DNA from: Bigelowiella natans CCMP2755
Lineage: Eukaryota; Protista; Cercozoa
NCBI GenBank assembly: GCA_000320545.1
Contig: ADNK01003243.1
Coordinates: 1-64,000 of the forward strand
Length of the DNA stretch: 64,000 nt
Direction: 5' to 3'
The notes under the pieces are model-generated. The model did not search any database. It was given only the letters and a program-made list of their open reading frames with translations, and was not told the DNA's origin. The position numbers and the translations under genes were made by a program. Positions within the stretch are counted from its first letter, which is position 1, and each line of letters begins with the position of its first letter. Of the stretch, positions 58,628-64,000 are shown piece after piece.

Positions 58628-58770
58628 CACCCATCCCCAATACCGTTAACATTATTCTTAGAGCTATGGAGGCGGCTGCTCGGCGCCAAGCACGACGAAA
58701 ATTAAGGCAACAAGGAGGGGGGAGAGGACCTGCTGCTCCTGCTGAAGATGACTTCGATGTCCGTCTACAC

Positions 58771-58814
<44 letters not shown>

Positions 58815-59129
58815 TCGCAGCAGCAGCATTAACAGCAATGACCATCTACACCTTGCATCGTCATCATCATCATCATCATCATCATCATTATCAGCTTCGT
58901 CATCATCACAGGTTGATTGGTCAAAGCAAGGAGGCGGTTTCAATTGTGGTGGTGGATCAGCAGGAGTAGCTGCAAGTAATGCCGCTGATGAAGCTGCTGC
59001 TGAGGTAGTAGTAGTTGTAATAATTTCATGGCTGCTACTACTCGATAGTATGAGTAACATGAGTAATAACCTTTATAATAACCTTTATATATCCTACTAC
59101 CCTCCATCTACTCATCAACCATCTCACGA

Positions 59130-59161
<32 letters not shown>

Positions 59162-59996
59162 ATTGTTACAAATAGTTTGACGTAGACTGGGACAATGGGC
59201 TAAATGAAACCCAGCAGCAGCAAGGAAGGGAGGGAGAAGGAAGCTCTTCCTCGTCCAAGTTAAGCTGGTAGTAACAGCAGAAATACTGACATTATATAAA
59301 CAAATACTCCACATCATTGTATGTACATACGTACTACTACTACAAAACACGAAAAGGATACACAAGGGGAAACGGAGGAATAATTCTCATTCTTTTCATG
59401 CTTCATGATGATGTTGATGACATAATGAAGAAAATCAATATGAATTTCGTATTACTGTTTGCTTCATTTGAAAGCGTTGTTCCCGTCATTATTTTGCTGT
59501 GTTTCACTATAAAGCACATGCATACAGTTATTACATCATCATGATAACATTGTGGTGTTGTTGTTGTTGTTGTTGTTAGGGACCCATTTGCAGCTGATAA
59601 TACTAATAAAAATGCGCCCGGCGGCGACATCTTTTCTGTTCTTGAAAGTAGTAGTGGCAATGATCCTAACAAGATCAAACCTACCTTGAGCCGTGCTCTA
59701 TCTGGGGGAGGAGGAGGAGGAGGAAGGGCGGGAAATTTTGATGAAAAACAGCAACAGCAGCAGCAGCATTTTATGCCCCCTCAATCAGCCCAGCTTCATT
59801 ATGTGGTAGTAGTAGCAGTAGTAGCAGTAGTGTATTCGTCCAATTTTTAAGCATAGTAGTAGTAATGAGATAGTAGTAGTAATATGATTTGGGAGGAGGA
59901 GGTAAAGGCGGATGGCAAGGCTATGGTAGTTGTAATTTCTGGCACATTATCATATGCCTTGCGCACCATCACCACAACAACTACTAGTAGTAGTAA

Positions 59997-60028
<32 letters not shown>

Positions 60029-60901
60029 ACCACTTCTAAGTCTACAATGTATTATTACGTCTCTGTCTTTGTCTGTCTATCTCTCCAGCAGCAACGACAA
60101 ATTAGTGGCCAATCGCCTCAAATGAGTCCTAATGGAATGATAATGCCACAGCAGCAGCAGCAGCAGCAGCAGCAGCAATGGGGAGGTACTATAGTTCAGC
60201 TGCTAATATCACTCTACCAATATCATCCAACACATAAAGAGGACAACATTAAGAGCTACCACACAACATTTTGCATACTGTTTGTCTTACAAAATGAAGG
60301 GAGGTGATAAGGCCATCACTCTCTGTCTCATGTTGCGATATAGTGCTACTACTAGTACACTAATAATAATAATAATAATAATAATAATAGTAATAGATGA
60401 TGATGACAATTAAACACTCACGACGATCACCATCACCACGATATACAATTGAATAATTCTTCCTGTTAATGGATGCATTACAAGAGGAAGAAGAAAATAC
60501 TCATGATAATACATTATATGATGGTGCAGGTGGTGGTCTCAATCATGCCTACATGATGCAGCAACAACAACAGTAAGCAGACCCACCCTCCTTATGATTA
60601 TTATAAGTATTCAATAGCCTGATATAGAGAGAGAGATAACTACAATTATATTCTATCATGAGTTATAATGAAGATTTTGCTATTTCTTTGTATCATCAAT
60701 GTCGTCTACAAATGTGCTCCTTTTCTTTTTGATTGTTTGTCGCCACAAGGTATTACCATCAGCAGCAGCAGCAGCAAATGTACAACATGCAGCAGCAACA
60801 GTATCAGCAGCAGCTTAGTTCCCCTCCAGCACCGCAACGGCAAGGTTCCTCAAACAGCACTGTGGATTCATTTTTTGGGCCTGGAGGCGGTGTTAGTGCT
60901 G

Positions 60902-60934
<33 letters not shown>

Positions 60935-61738
60935 GTGGTGGTGGTGGTGGTGGTGGTGGACATGGCTCAAGCAGTGTCGATGCAGTATCGGTAACAACTA
61001 ACTCCTCATCATATTAATGATAATCTAATCATTTGCTGCTTGTGATTGACAAGAGTAGTAGAAGACACCATACTTAACCACTAAATTATGATATATTGTT
61101 ACGTACCGATTAAATCCTCCTCGTCTGTAATTAATAAAGGATGATGAAAGAATAAGCATTGATAGGAATATGTGTTGTTTATTATAACTTTGTAACGAAG
61201 GAAGACTTGAGATTGTCAGCAGTACACCCATAACGACATTGATGATAAGTATTGCTGTGTTAGTATTCTCCATAATATGATGATGCTGCACATATGCATA
61301 TGAGGATGCTTCGTAACCCATCTCGTAATACTGGTTATTATTAGGGCCTCACATCTGCTTTCTCTGGTGTTGGAATGGGATCGTCACAAGGTATTCCATC
61401 CCTCCTTCCTTTTTTTTCTACAGCTCAATAATAAAGCATTGTGTAATACTTAAATTGATGTAGAAATTATCATTGTATGAACCAGGAATAATATACTTAT
61501 ATATGTAACACATATGTATAATATGTCGATAATATCTTACACATCCTCCTACGTGTTTGTTCTCTTCTTAGTAAGGAATACTAGCAACGTTGCGTCGAAC
61601 TCGACATTCGCAAGCGACCCATTTGCAGGAGTTGGTTTCAATGACCATACTCCTAAAGAAAGACCGAAATCAGGGACCATAAAAGAGAAGAAGGAAAAAG
61701 ACGTATTCGAATGCTTGGGGGAGTTCACCGGTTTTTAA
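54002..61738 (+). CDS. AAK1: NAK-family Ser/Thr kinase (AAK1/BIKE/GAK-like) with Q-rich tail and DPF motifs, >20 exons
   Basis: MTSVLSWVNKQ|...LGSGGYAFVYL|VED...YALKKM...|YYILME|LC...|KPPIQHRDLKIENLL...KLCDFGS|EEERIQKYTTNCYMAPEMADLY|ISEKVDIWALGCILF...HPF; tail exons with DPFAAD (59581) and DPFAGV (61616); stop 61736-61738. Confidence 0.88.
57157..57236. repeat. Intronic 40-bp tandem duplication (2 copies)
   Basis: ctgaactgatgttatcttgtccctgaacaactgcttactg / ctgaacaaatgttatcttgtccctgaacaactacttactg. Confidence 0.9.
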
Positions 61739-61860
61739 GCACGGTGCACTGGAGTGTATCAAGACAGAAAAATACATTCTCGCTGTTTAAAGAGGTGGAT
61801 TCGCACGCCACGAATGCACTTGTCCTGATCGAAGATGTTCATTCTCCATTGCCTCGTAAA

Positions 61861-63149
61861 ATGCGTGAAAATTGACACAGCCACGATTGATCGATTGCGT
61901 CCGCCACCTCGCGTCTGACAGACGCACAGCATGCACTCATCCGCCTGCCATGCCAATCATGCGATGCACGACCGTCATGCACACGCACGCAGCTCCAGAC
62001 GTGCTGGAGTGTGCACATCATTGGCACACATGCGGTTAGAGACTGAGTGCACACATGTCCGTGTGCACCAAGCACATGCATGCACATCCACTGCACATGC
62101 GTGTCTCTTGCTAGCTACGCTTGCTGAGCATGTTGTTGCACGCGGTCTAGATGGTCTTTGCAATGAGTGCGAGACGGATGTGCAATGAAGTGATCAAATC
62201 TTTTCAATGCACATGGACTACAAGTGCATGAATGGTCATCCCAATGCACCATGCAAAGCAGCGGCTGCAGCACTTGGCGGGTTGCATCCATTTGTCTCGC
62301 CCTTCCACCATGCCAGCAGCTTTTTCATGAATTCATTTGAACTGGTGAAATTGCGTTCGCTTGCACGCCAGCTGGACAGCTCAGAGCTGCGATGCAGCAG
62401 GTGATCTAGTGATGTGTGTGGTGCAATGTGTGTCGACTGCTGGACAGGTGTCTCTCATCGCACACCACCTCTGGTCATGTCTGCGTGAGAACGTGCACTG
62501 GACCATCATGCACTCGCGGCGCTGCGGTGCGTCTGCCAGTCTGCACGCAGGAGCATGCATCTCTGCTGCGCAGCGCCATGCTGTTCATCATGCTAGCATG
62601 CTAGCCAGCATGGCTCTGGGGCTGGCTAGCTGGTCAAAACTTGCTAGCCTGGTCCAAATTTTGCTTGCCTGGTTGTCAGTGTCTTGCTCGCTGTCTGCGA
62701 TCTTGCAGTGTGCGCGCCCACGCTCGCTGGCAAGTGGCGGAACTTTGGCCAAAGCTGGAAAGCGCCCCACACATGCACCTTCCAGCCTTCTCAAAAGCCA
62801 TCGATCGGCAATGCAATTTTTTCCGTCAGGAACTCACCAAAATGGTGCGGCACCTGACTTGGTGTGACCAGTTTTCAGCTGCACGCGGTGGGTGTGGCTA
62901 GCTCGTGCTGTTGGAACACTGGGTGCACCTCTGCTAGCTCTGTCTGGCAACAACAAACGAAAGAAGCAGGCACATGACTTGCAAGAGTTGAAATGTGAGA
63001 TCTCAGCGCTGGTTTGGTTTGAGAAGCTTGACCTCCGCTCCAGCTCTTGTTCCTGGGAGAGGGCTGTGAGTGGCGCCTGGCGTGCTCCACGAACAAGTGA
63101 ACGAAGTGATTCCAGTGGTGGGACTTTGATGATGACACTTTGGTTGAGT
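61861..63149. other. Second TpA-depleted intergenic domain
   Basis: Manual count: 12 TpA in 1,289 bp (9 CTAG, 2 CTAC, 1 TTAG); within 62221-63149 all 7 TpA are CTAG. Confidence 0.88.
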
Positions 63150-63289
63150 CTAAAGCAAAAAATGATTTTTTATGCACCAAAAACATCTAATAAATTAGAA
63201 AACAATGATGCACGTGGAGACAATCAAGTTGTCCTCATCAGATCACATGATTCATTGTCGTTTGTCCTTTTCATAGTCATCCTGTCGAC

Positions 63290-63856
63290 TTAGAAATGGC
63301 TGACTGAATTCTGTCACGAAGAGCTACACAGCCTTCCCCAACGGCTGTGCTGTTTGCCTGCTCTTTGGAACAATCCAATCACCACACACTCTCGTCAAAG
63401 ATAGTCTCGAGATTCGATTCAGCTGTAACTTCGGCGTTAATAGAAACAATTCGAACATCTTCGACTTCGACCACTGCATCATGATCATTGTCCAAATATT
63501 ACGATTACACACTCTGACGAGGGATAAATGATTACGATGCCACAGAAGCCAGAGGAGTGTCACATGATGTCGAGATGCCTCTTTACAGAAGTTTTGTCCA
63601 GGCCGTCAATGATTGGTATGAAAACCATCTTGCCAACGATTCTTCGGTTTCACATACTTTGTCCACAGCACAAAATACGGGGGAGAGTGTGCATCAAAGC
63701 TACTTCAGTATGGTAATGCATGGGTTGACCGATGATCCATCATTTTTTCTTGAGATTCGTCGTAGTCAGGAGATGTCAAAGGGAGAAATCATTCACGATG
63801 TTCACGCCAATGGACGTAGGCTTCTCCGCGCCGACCGAAGATGTACAAAAAAATGA
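63290..63856 (+). pseudogene. Possible coding fragment or degraded gene, unidentified
   Basis: High-complexity, protein-like frame (INDYDATEARGVSHDVEMPLYRSFVQAVNDWYENHL...MVMHGLTDDPSFFLEIRR) next to the TpA-depleted domain; no coherent gene model. Confidence 0.25.
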
Positions 63857-64000
63857 ACTAATCACTGCTATTGCTGCTGCTGCTACATAAGAATACTAAA
63901 TATACAATTGATAGAGTAATCGTTTATTCTAATAGGTTCGAAGATCCAGATTGGTTGTATTCGGTTCGTCAACTAAATAAAAATTAGAAAAAATGTCGAT

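Noticed and set aside
57742-59133. Low-complexity ORFs (poly-YI, CV, HT, L, S) here and throughout
   Set aside because: Translations of intronic microsatellites.
61839-63293. Many overlapping Cys/His-rich ORFs (also 32782-34556)
   Set aside because: Expected artefact of losing TAA/TAG and Tyr codons; no domain or splice structure.

Overview
Eukaryotic nuclear DNA, intron-dense and rich in microsatellites; no prokaryotic operons, rRNA/tRNA or CRISPR seen. About ten spliced genes can be rebuilt by hand: an unknown coiled-coil protein (-), an SLC25A44-like carrier (+), a PDXDC1-like PLP decarboxylase-fold protein (-), a leader-bearing FN3-FN3-nucleoredoxin (+), a ~3,900-aa centlein-like protein (-), an orphan multi-exon gene (-), a bacterial-type M23 peptidase (+), a leader-bearing TPR + Aha1_N co-chaperone (-), a signal-peptide-bearing FEN1 (+), beta-adaptin (-) and a NAK/AAK1-type kinase (+). 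Signal-peptide leaders on normally cytosolic or nuclear proteins suggest a nucleomorph-bearing alga, most likely a chlorarachniophyte (inference). The strongest unexplained signal is intergenic: domains at 32821-34599 and 61861-63149 have almost no TpA, and what survives is mostly CTAG, while CpG is intact. Weaker versions lie behind other gene 3' ends. This looks like a localized TpA->TpG/CpA (A-to-G) hypermutation, opposite in direction to fungal RIP. All exon models and counts are manual.
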